The translations under genes and the position numbers were made by a program. A stretch of DNA of 64,000 bases from Spirochaetales bacterium (GTDB lineage Bacteria; Spirochaetota; Spirochaetia; Treponematales; UBA12059): positions 124,001 to 188,000 of the forward strand of contig JAFGJV010000004.1 in the NCBI GenBank assembly GCA_016928955.1. The letters are read 5' to 3'. Below the pieces are notes generated by a model. The model was not told the origin of the DNA. It saw only the letters and a program-made list of their open reading frames with translations, and searched no databases. Below, one piece after another: positions 1-7,879 of this stretch (position 1 is the first letter of the stretch; each line of letters starts with the position of its first letter).

Positions 1-229
1 TCCGTCCTTGGAAGAGGGACAGGAGAGCGCTTCGTCCGGCTATCTGGCCATGCTCAACGCAGAGCCTGCCGCCCTGCCCGAAGCCACTGCCACCAGGGCT
101 CCGTCCACCCGCGGACGCAAGCCGGCGGCCCGTGGCGTGGTAGACAGCGCCAAGCGCCCTGGGCGCAAGCCGGGCCCCAAGGCCGGTGGAAGGTCCCGCA
201 GGGACTCAGGCGGAGTACGCGAGCTTTGA
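1..229 (+). CDS. 3' end of a gene entering the window, with a basic Arg/Lys/Pro-rich C-terminal tail; possibly cytoplasmic filament protein CfpA by synteny (unverified)
   Basis: Frame open to TGA at 227-229 (...GRSRRDSGGVREL), followed by a strong terminator. The CfpA guess rests only on my recollection of the cfpA-hypothetical-ppdK order in Treponema. Confidence 0.4.
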   Translation, partial: PSLEEGQESASSGYLAMLNAEPAALPEATATRAPSTRGRKPAARGVVDSAKRPGRKPGPKAGGRSRRDSGGVREL

Positions 230-322
230 TCGCGGTGACGCGCACGTGCTGAAACAGCGTGGCCGGGTGAACGTATCCGTTTCCCCGCCGCGCTAGAACA
301 GCGGCGCGCGAGTACCAAACCG

Positions 323-357
323 GGCGCCCCCACCGCTGTGGGGGCGCCTTATTTTTT
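323..357 (+). terminator. Rho-independent terminator
   Basis: Perfect 11-bp stem GGCGCCCCCAC-cgct-GTGGGGGCGCC followed by TTATTTTTT. Confidence 0.85.
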
Positions 358-384
358 GACAAAGAGGCGGAAACTATCTACTAT
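356..384 (+). promoter_or_regulatory. sigma70-type promoter for the hypothetical/PPDK-like gene pair
   Basis: TTGACA (356-361), 17-bp spacer, TACTAT (379-384). Confidence 0.75.
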
Positions 385-561
385 TATTCATCGTACCGGC
401 GGTCTTGCCGACGTGGCTGGTAAGCCCCGCGGATTGGCGTGAACGCAGGAAAGACCGCGACTGATGAACGGTCACCGAGTATGGCCAGTGGTTTTTAAAG
501 CGCGAGCATCAGAACGATTTGATTGGCTGTCCTTCCGGGCGGCCGTATGGAAGGGGTGGGC

Positions 562-1596
562 ATGTTGGTCACAAACTACGTATTCGAGGCGTTAGGGTCG
601 CGGGAATCCTTCAATACCTCGGTTCGGCACGTCAAGGCGACCGTGGGGTTGTCGGAAAGGGTGGCGGGCGGCGAGAACCTGGCGGACGCCGTCAACACGC
701 TGCTGGACGAAAAGGCCCTGAGCTTGGACGAGGTGGCGCCGCTGGTGTCTATGTTGCTCGTGGACAAATTATCCTACGTGGCGGTATCCAGGAACCTGAG
801 CACCGTGACCACGGATCTGAAGGCCGTCCACGCCGCCGTAAAATCCTGGAACGCGGCTGATTTCGTCGTCCTGTACCATCATCCGGACCTCGGCTGCATA
901 CTGCTCAACCCCAAAAACGAGTCGCATCTGGCCCGGCTTGACCGGCTGAACAAATACGAGCTCATTACCGTATACGCCGGGGGCTTTGCCAAAGGGCTGG
1001 ACGCCGCGCTGGCGCGGAAGGCGGCACTTGCCCTGGTCGGGCTTTACGAGGGAGACAAACCCAAGGCAGACGCGTCCCTTGGCAAGGGACCGTTCTCGTA
1101 TCGCCAGCCCAAGCCCAAGGCGGCGCCCCGAGCGGAGCCTGCAAAGAAGGCGGGCAGAAAAGCCGCGCCTGCCCGGAAAGGCAAAAAGAAGGCGTCCGCC
1201 GGAACAGCGGTTGCCGAGCAGGCCGTGCGGGCACCCGCGCCGGCTGCTCAGGCACCCAAGATGGGCGCACGCATGACGCCCATGTACGCGGTTCCCGTCA
1301 GCAACGAATTGTTCCACAACGGAAACGTTGAGGCATGGAAGCGCATCATAGAAAGCTACAAGACCAAACACCCCGACCTGGAAGTGCTCGTGTACTACGA
1401 CGGCGAGCGCATCACGGATATCAACGCCCTCTTCAAATGGGGCAAGGTCAAGCACGGCAGCGTCATCCAGTTTGCGGTGGCCGGAGAGAATATCTGCGAT
1501 GTGGCCAAGCTGCAGCGCTATCTGGCCCAGGGCGCGAGCAAGATGTTCGAGGCTTTCCTCCGCGGACCCGTCAACAGCGTCCTTCCCCTGTTTTGA
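562..1596 (+). CDS. Hypothetical protein: N-terminal domain, Lys/Ala/Pro-rich linker, C-terminal HPr-like domain
   Basis: ORF 523..1596; likely ATG at 562 after GAAGGGG. The C-terminal ~95 aa align by eye with HPr (NELFH vs NGLH; NALFKWGKVKHGSVIQFAVAGEN vs [25 protein letters not shown]). Confidence 0.7.
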   Translation: MLVTNYVFEALGSRESFNTSVRHVKATVGLSERVAGGENLADAVNTLLDEKALSLDEVAPLVSMLLVDKLSYVAVSRNLSTVTTDLKAVHAAVKSWNAADFVVLYHHPDLGCILLNPKNESHLARLDRLNKYELITVYAGGFAKGLDAALARKAALALVGLYEGDKPKADASLGKGPFSYRQPKPKAAPRAEPAKKAGRKAAPARKGKKKASAGTAVAEQAVRAPAPAAQAPKMGARMTPMYAVPVSNELFHNGNVEAWKRIIESYKTKHPDLEVLVYYDGERITDINALFKWGKVKHGSVIQFAVAGENICDVAKLQRYLAQGASKMFEAFLRGPVNSVLPLF

Positions 1597-1610
1597 GCAA
1601 GGAGCAGAGC

Positions 1611-4253
1611 ATGAAAGAGCATGTCCATTTTTTCAGCCAGAAAGACGTCATCAAAAAGGGTGTTGAACTAGAGACGCTCGGACAGCGCGGGCGCCAGGCC
1701 AACGAATTCGCGGAGCTTGGTTTTCCAATACTGCCCGGCTTTATCATTGATTCCGTGGTTGCGTCGCACCTGGCCAAGGAGAACGTCCTTGACGCCATCC
1801 GGGCGCCCATGAAAAAGGCAGACGCCGTGGTGGAAAAATCCTACGGCGACCCCAACGAGCCCCTGCTCATCAAGATTGTCATATCCCCGAACCTGGCCAT
1901 ATCCAACTATCCGGCCCTGCACAACTTTGGCCTTGCCAGAAAGACTGTGGGCGGTTTCACGCGCTTTGTGGGGGAGAACTTTGCAGCCCATGAAGTGGCT
2001 TTTCTTGCCAGGGGCATGCTCAAGATAGAGGAGCGCATAGCTGAGCTCGAGAACAGGGACAAGGACCTGGCCAAGATACGCCAGCGTATCGTGGCGGCAA
2101 GCGGAGTGATAGACGAGGCCAAGCCCGGACAGAAGGCCGAGGCGGTGATGGCTAGCTATGAGGCCTTCCTGCCCAAAGGTTTCTTTGACGACGCATGGGG
2201 ACAGCTGGACATAGCGCTCAAGCGCATATCGCACATGCTGGACCTGGACGACCAGGACGACGACGATACAGCCATACTGATCCAGCCCATGGTGTACGGC
2301 AACTACGGAAAGAATTCCGCTTCCGGCGCTTTCTACACGCGCAACGTGGTGAACGGCGAGAAGCGGCTCCAGGGAGAATTCTTCGTTGAGCGCTTCGACG
2401 AGATAGGCGCCGAGGGCAACGACATCAACAAGATCGCCCCTAAGCACCTCAAGGAACTGGAGCGCATAGCCCGTACGCTGGAGGACCGCCAGCGGGAGAT
2501 TCGCCAGATTCGTTTCACCGTCGAGAAGGACAAACTGTGGCTGATTGAGCAGCGGCAGGTGATGGCCAAAAGCACCCAGGCCGACCTGAAGCTGTACCTG
2601 GACCTCAACCAGCGCAAGGTTGTGGACGACGCGTTCGTGATCAACGCCATAAAACCGGGGCGGCTGAACGAGATACTGCATCCGGTGGTCGACATGGCGT
2701 CCGTCAAGAAGCTGGCCGGCGTGAGCGGCGGCATCACGGGAGCGCCCGGGGCCGCCATAGGCCGCGTGTTCTTCACCACGGAGAGCCTGCTTGAGGCCTA
2801 CCGCGTCGCCCAGCAGAAGGGAGAGGACAAACGCCTCATCCTCTGCATGCCCGCGACCTTTGCCGAGGACGTCAAGGCCATAGAAGTTGCATCGGGCGTT
2901 CTGTCCTGCGAGGGCGGCTACTCGGCGCACGCGTCGGTGGTGGCCAGGCAGTACGGCAAGGTGTCGCTCGTGAAGCCAGAGATGAAAATCCGCGGCAAGA
3001 AAGCCACGATCGGCCAGCTGACCGTCAATGAGGGCGATTTCATCACCATCAACGTGCCGTATTACGGGGATCCCCAGGTGTGGCTCGGGAAGGCATCCCT
3101 GATCGAGCCGGACCCTGCGGAATCAGGCCTGTTCGAGTTCATCGCCCTGGTCAAGAAGCACATGAAGCATTTCCACGTCCGCACCAACGCTGACAGCCCC
3201 AGGGACGCGGCACTGGCCCTGTCCTTTGGCGCGGAAGGCATAGGCCTGTGCCGGACAGAGCATATGTTCTTCAACGAGAAGCGCATCAACGTGTTCCGGG
3301 AAATGATCCTGGCAGACAGCCTGGCCGAGCGGGAAAAAGCCCTGGCCAAGCTCCAGGTTATGCAGCGGGAGGACTTCTACGGCCTGTTCAAGGTGATGGC
3401 GGGCAAGGACGTGACCATTCGCCTTCTGGACGCCCCTCTGCACGAATTCCTGCCGCACAACGAGGACGAGCTCGAGTCGTTCATGTCCCATCTCAATTCG
3501 GCCAAGAAGGGCGGCAAGGCTCTGTCCAAGGCCGAGATTCGGGCGCGCATGGACGGCCTGGCCGAATTCAACCCGATGCTCGGCCACCGGGGCTGCCGTA
3601 TCGCGGTGAGCTATCCGGAGATATACGCCATGCAGACGCGCGCTGTGTTCGAGGCGGCGTACAAGCTGCGCGAGGAGAAGGTGGACGTTCGGCCGGAAAT
3701 CATGATACCCATCGTGATGAACGCGTCCGAGCTCAGGCTCATCGTGTACGGCAAGAAAATAGAAGGTCGGACATACAAGGGCATCGTTGACATAGAGGAG
3801 GACGTGCGGCGCAAGCTCGGGGCCAGGGCTTTGCCATACCGCGTGGGAACCATGATAGAGCTTCCAGCCGCGGCCCTGACCGCGGGGGAAATCGCGCGCT
3901 ACAGCGAGTTCTTCAGCTTTGGCACAAACGACCTCACGCAGACGACCCTCGGCATAAGCCGCGATGACTTCAACAGCTTCATGCCGGACTATTCGACCTT
4001 TGACCTGATAGAAGGCAATCCTTTCTCCAGCCTGGCCCCGCCGGTCAAGGAACTGGTGGCCATGGCGGCCAGAAGGGGTCGCATGACGCGGCCGAGCCTT
4101 GAGATGGGCCTGTGCGGCGAGCATGGGGCCAATCCGGATAACGTGCGCTTCTGCATGGACGCCGGGCTGGACTATGTGTCGTGCTCACCGTATTCGGTGC
4201 CCATAGCCTGTCTGGCCGTGGCCCAGGCAGAGCTGGAGCGGGCAAAAGCCTGA
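1611..4253 (+). CDS. ppdK: Pyruvate phosphate dikinase-like PEP-utilising protein with a degenerate N-terminal nucleotide-binding domain
   Basis: AAGGAG RBS then ATG at 1611. Motifs GGYSAHASVVAR, GAEGIGLCRTEHMFF, IRLLD, NPMLGHRGCR, GTMIELP, FGTNDLTQ and GLCGEHG are present; ATP-grasp motifs are altered. Confidence 0.9.
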   Translation: MKEHVHFFSQKDVIKKGVELETLGQRGRQANEFAELGFPILPGFIIDSVVASHLAKENVLDAIRAPMKKADAVVEKSYGDPNEPLLIKIVISPNLAISNYPALHNFGLARKTVGGFTRFVGENFAAHEVAFLARGMLKIEERIAELENRDKDLAKIRQRIVAASGVIDEAKPGQKAEAVMASYEAFLPKGFFDDAWGQLDIALKRISHMLDLDDQDDDDTAILIQPMVYGNYGKNSASGAFYTRNVVNGEKRLQGEFFVERFDEIGAEGNDINKIAPKHLKELERIARTLEDRQREIRQIRFTVEKDKLWLIEQRQVMAKSTQADLKLYLDLNQRKVVDDAFVINAIKPGRLNEILHPVVDMASVKKLAGVSGGITGAPGAAIGRVFFTTESLLEAYRVAQQKGEDKRLILCMPATFAEDVKAIEVASGVLSCEGGYSAHASVVARQYGKVSLVKPEMKIRGKKATIGQLTVNEGDFITINVPYYGDPQVWLGKASLIEPDPAESGLFEFIALVKKHMKHFHVRTNADSPRDAALALSFGAEGIGLCRTEHMFFNEKRINVFREMILADSLAEREKALAKLQVMQREDFYGLFKVMAGKDVTIRLLDAPLHEFLPHNEDELESFMSHLNSAKKGGKALSKAEIRARMDGLAEFNPMLGHRGCRIAVSYPEIYAMQTRAVFEAAYKLREEKVDVRPEIMIPIVMNASELRLIVYGKKIEGRTYKGIVDIEEDVRRKLGARALPYRVGTMIELPAAALTAGEIARYSEFFSFGTNDLTQTTLGISRDDFNSFMPDYSTFDLIEGNPFSSLAPPVKELVAMAARRGRMTRPSLEMGLCGEHGANPDNVRFCMDAGLDYVSCSPYSVPIACLAVAQAELERAKA

Positions 4254-4316
4254 CCGGATGTGAGGATCGAATTCGCGGAACGCAGGAAACGGCGCTCCCG
4301 CGCGTGAATGAATGTC

Positions 4317-4348
4317 AGCGGGGGACCCGAGTGCGGGCCCCCCGCTTT
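4317..4348 (+). terminator. Probable terminator after the ppdK-like gene
   Basis: AGCGGGGG-a-CCCG-agtg-CGGG-c-CCCCCGCT followed by TT. Confidence 0.6.
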
Positions 4349-4386
4349 GCGCTCGGACAAGCTCAATATGGTATGGAGATGAACGC

Positions 4387-6195
4387 ATGAATGTTATGGA
4401 TGGCCACGCGATATTCAATCTGTTCATGGCGGGAGCCAAAAGGGTCCATGAGCTCAGGCGGGAGCTTGACCGCATCAATGTGTTTCCGGTTCCTGACGGC
4501 GACACGGGGAGCAACATGTCGTTCACGCTGGCTGCCGCTGTTTCCGGGGCGCGTGCCGACAGGTCGGTCGCGGCTGTGGCGCGTTCCCTGGCTGATTCGG
4601 CCCTTGCTGGGGCGCGGGGCAACTCGGGCGTGATCGTCGCTCAGTTCATAACGGGTTTTGGAGAGGCAGTGGCGGACTCCGTCAGTCTGAGCCTCAGGCA
4701 GTTCGCCAGCTCCTGTGTCCACGCCAGCCGCAGGGCTCAGGACGCGATAGCACATCCTGCTGAAGGAACCATCCTGAGCGCCATCAAAGCGTGGGCTGCT
4801 GCCCTCGAGTCTTCGGTCACGGACAGTCCCACGCTGTCTCACCTGCTCGAGAAGGCGCATCCGAGCCTTGAGGAAGCCGTGAGGCGGGGCCCGGACAGGC
4901 TGCCGGAGCTCAAAGCGGCGGGAGTCGTGGACGCGGGTGCCAAGGGGTTTGAGGCTTTTGTGTCCGGCTTCAGGGACTTTGCCGAGGGCAGGATAGACCC
5001 GGGTGACCTTGCATCGGCCGCCTTCGGGTCTGTTGCACCGTCAATCGAGCCGGAGGCTGAGGCGCACGGATCGCGTCCAACGCTACGCTACTGCTGCGAA
5101 TTCCTGATGGAAGCGAGGCCAGAGCATTCTTTGGACCTTGACCGCCTGCGGGAGGAGCTGGACCAGGAAGGCGACTCCCTGATCGTGGCCGGTGGAAACA
5201 TGAAAGCCCGGGTGCATATCCACGCCGACGACCCGTCGCGCATAGCGGGTTTGCTGTCCGCCAAGGCTCGCCTGATCGAGCAGAAGGGGGACGACATGCT
5301 CCTGCAGTACCTGGACGCGCACGAGCGCCTGTCCGATGTGGCCATACTCACCGATTCTGCATGCGACCTGCCTGCCGAGCTTGCCCTCAAATACCGGATC
5401 CATCAGGTGCCCCTTTACGTTCGCTTTGGCGACGAGGAATACCTGGACAAGCTGACGGTTACGCCGGACAGCTTCTATGACCGCGCGGAGCGCGGTCCGT
5501 ATTTCCCAAAGAGCTCCCAGCCAACGGCGCTTGCATTCAGCCGAGCGTACGCGACACTTGCAAGCCATTACCGCTCCGTCATAGCCATCCATCTGGCGTC
5601 AACCATGAGCGGAACCTATGAGGCATCGCGCAGGGAAGCGGAAAGGGTCGCAGCGTCCGAGGGCGTCAGGATAGACGTGTTCGATTCCCGGCACCTGTCT
5701 GGCTCGCTCGGGCTTATCGTCCTGGAAGCTGCGCGCATGGCTGAAAGCGGGTCGTCCCACGAACAAATCATGGAGGCCCTGCCAAGGCTGTCCGCGGCCG
5801 CAGAGAACCTGGTCAGCGTGCGGACTCTGCGGTATATGGTGCTTGGAGGCAGGGTGAGTCCACTGAAAGGACTCATGGCCCGTGTCATGAACCTGAAACC
5901 CATCGTGTCCGTGGACAAGCAGGGAAAATCGGTCTTGTACGGCAAGGCGTTCAGCATCAAGGCCAACGAGAAAAAAATCCTCGATATGGCCAAAGGCTAC
6001 GCTGAGAGGAGCCCTCTAGCCAGCTGGGCCGTCGTGCACGCACATGCTGAGGCGGATGCCCGTGCCTTTGCCAGGAAAGCTTCCGCTGTCCTCGGGTCAG
6101 AGCCGGCGTACATGTGCGAAATATCCAGCATCATTGCGATGAATTCCGGCCGTGGAGCGGTGAGCTTTGTGTGCGTGAAAGGTCCCGGCGCCTAA
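4387..6195 (+). CDS. DAK2 (FakA-like)-DegV (FakB-like) fusion, fatty acid kinase type
   Basis: INVFPVPDGDTGSNM, GARGNSGVI, VVDAGAKG (DAK2), then ILTDSACDL, SSQP, SGTY (DegV); GGAG before ATG 4387. Confidence 0.9.
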   Translation: MNVMDGHAIFNLFMAGAKRVHELRRELDRINVFPVPDGDTGSNMSFTLAAAVSGARADRSVAAVARSLADSALAGARGNSGVIVAQFITGFGEAVADSVSLSLRQFASSCVHASRRAQDAIAHPAEGTILSAIKAWAAALESSVTDSPTLSHLLEKAHPSLEEAVRRGPDRLPELKAAGVVDAGAKGFEAFVSGFRDFAEGRIDPGDLASAAFGSVAPSIEPEAEAHGSRPTLRYCCEFLMEARPEHSLDLDRLREELDQEGDSLIVAGGNMKARVHIHADDPSRIAGLLSAKARLIEQKGDDMLLQYLDAHERLSDVAILTDSACDLPAELALKYRIHQVPLYVRFGDEEYLDKLTVTPDSFYDRAERGPYFPKSSQPTALAFSRAYATLASHYRSVIAIHLASTMSGTYEASRREAERVAASEGVRIDVFDSRHLSGSLGLIVLEAARMAESGSSHEQIMEALPRLSAAAENLVSVRTLRYMVLGGRVSPLKGLMARVMNLKPIVSVDKQGKSVLYGKAFSIKANEKKILDMAKGYAERSPLASWAVVHAHAEADARAFARKASAVLGSEPAYMCEISSIIAMNSGRGAVSFVCVKGPGA

Positions 6196-6336
6196 GAGCC
6201 CGCTGGCACAGCCGGTTGCTTTGCCAGCAACCTTCATTTTTTCCCGCATACACTGCGACATGCTACGTTAAAAAAAAGAAAGCTCAGAGCAGGATGGTGA
6301 AAAGTATCCTGCTCTGAGCGTCTAATCCAGGCGGTA

Positions 6337-7098
6337 TCAGCGGGAGTGTGGAGGCAGGAGAATGAAGACGCTGGTCCTGCGCTTGTAGTCGGCGTACTCG
6401 GGAAGGTGGCCGAATTTTTTGTCGGAAGCCTTCTCTAGCAGGGGTATGCCAGACACGAAGAGGAGGAGGGCGGTGATGCCCACGGGCGATACCAGGGCCG
6501 GAATTGTCCAAGCGCCTAGGTTCGGCAGGCAGAACAGGTAGACTCCAATCCACGCCAGGGACTCGCCAAAGTAGTTAGGGTGCCTTGACCATGACCACAG
6601 CCCTGTGGCAATGAAACCAGCGTCTCCGCGCTGACGGAAGGCCTTTTTCTGCTGGTCAGCCACCGTCTCGATGATAAGCCCGGCAGCCCACACGCACAGT
6701 CCCGCCGCGGCCAGAGCCGAAAAGGCCCCGGGCGCGGACATGGCAACGGCAGCGGGCACCAGCACGATTCCCACGGTCACGGCCTGGAGTATCCAGAAGC
6801 GGGCGAATTTGAGCGGCTTGTCCCTCATGGCGTCAAAGCGGTGGTCGACCTTGACCTTGATGATGCGCGTGAACAGGTACGAGCCCAGGCGTATTGCCCA
6901 CACGACCACCATGGCAGTGAGCGCAAGGCGGTAGGGGTCGGTGGCCCCGTTCAGCGCGGCCAAAGCCAAAGCCACGAGCGCGAACGACAGGCTGTAGGAC
7001 AGGTCCGTCACCACATCAGTCTTGCGTATCGCGGCATAGACGAAAAAGGCGGCGTTGACGGCAACGCTGATGACGAACGCGAGGAGGACAGGGTGCAT
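6337..7098 (-). CDS. DUF1295 / steroid 5-alpha-reductase-like membrane protein
   Basis: Multiple TM segments; DHRFD, ADQQK, GLWSWSRHPNYFGE, GIPLLE. Confidence 0.85.
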   Translation of the reverse strand: MHPVLLAFVISVAVNAAFFVYAAIRKTDVVTDLSYSLSFALVALALAALNGATDPYRLALTAMVVVWAIRLGSYLFTRIIKVKVDHRFDAMRDKPLKFARFWILQAVTVGIVLVPAAVAMSAPGAFSALAAAGLCVWAAGLIIETVADQQKKAFRQRGDAGFIATGLWSWSRHPNYFGESLAWIGVYLFCLPNLGAWTIPALVSPVGITALLLFVSGIPLLEKASDKKFGHLPEYADYKRRTSVFILLPPHSR

Positions 7099-7106
7099 GG
7101 GAGCTC

Positions 7107-7667
7107 CTATTCAGTGGTGAATTCCCAGGTCAGGGTCTCTTCCACCTTCTTGGCTATCTGCTTGGCTATTTTTGACGCGTCCGCCATGGGCACGCCGGCT
7201 TCCCGGTTCAGCGTCTTTTCAAAGAACATGGCCATGCTGGCGTACATGTCTGGCAAGAAGAAAAAGGTGAACGCAAAATTGACACCCGTGGGCTTGACTA
7301 TGGTGAGCGAGGTGTAGGACAAGACGGCTTTTTTGCCCCAGTACACCTTGGTCTGGTTCTTGCAGGTGTGAAGCTCCAGCTCGTTGAAACGGTGAGGAAT
7401 CTGTTCGTGGCTGGTTCTGATGTAGGGTTCCTCGGACTTGTGCGCGTAGTTCATGGGTTCAACGAGTATGTACAGCTTCTTGCCGTCAGCCTGGAAGGTC
7501 AGGCCTTCCTCGGCGGGATAGATGGCCTTGACGTTGTTATAGGAAACTATCTCATAGCGGGAATACGCGGAATTGGGACTGAAGAACGATGAAACAATAT
7601 ACCCGTTTTCCTTGGGAAGCATATTCTTGCTGTACGCGTCATACAGGTCCATGGCCTTGGGGTTCAC
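7107..7667 (-). CDS. Hypothetical protein (186 aa)
   Basis: GAGGAGG RBS before GTG start; protein-like composition; no recognised motif. Confidence 0.75.
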   Translation of the reverse strand: MNPKAMDLYDAYSKNMLPKENGYIVSSFFSPNSAYSRYEIVSYNNVKAIYPAEEGLTFQADGKKLYILVEPMNYAHKSEEPYIRTSHEQIPHRFNELELHTCKNQTKVYWGKKAVLSYTSLTIVKPTGVNFAFTFFFLPDMYASMAMFFEKTLNREAGVPMADASKIAKQIAKKVEETLTWEFTTE

Positions 7668-7879
7668 ACGCTACCTCCTCGTGGGACTATGACCATAGCA
7701 TAGGCGATAATCGGCGGCTTCTCAAGAAAAAACGGTTTCCGCAGTGCCTGCCGCGGCCTTTGGCCCTGCTTGGCAGGGTGTCAACAGTTCCCGTACTTTG
7801 ATTTTTGCATACCATGCCGTAAGGGACGCGAGTACTAATGAAAACTGCTGGTAAAGCGACCTGTTATTCCAGCAGCCTG

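Noticed and set aside
230..322. Small RNA or tRNA in the first intergenic region
   Set aside because: Only short GC stems; no cloverleaf, SRP or tmRNA signature.
1335..1610. 92-aa N-terminal extension of the PPDK-like ORF
   Set aside because: It overlaps the upstream gene in another frame; the RBS and homology support ATG 1611.
1668..4124. Long antisense ORFs (420 and 333 aa here, with many similar ones across the window)
   Set aside because: Typical stop-poor shadows of GC-rich coding strands, with no motifs or RBS.
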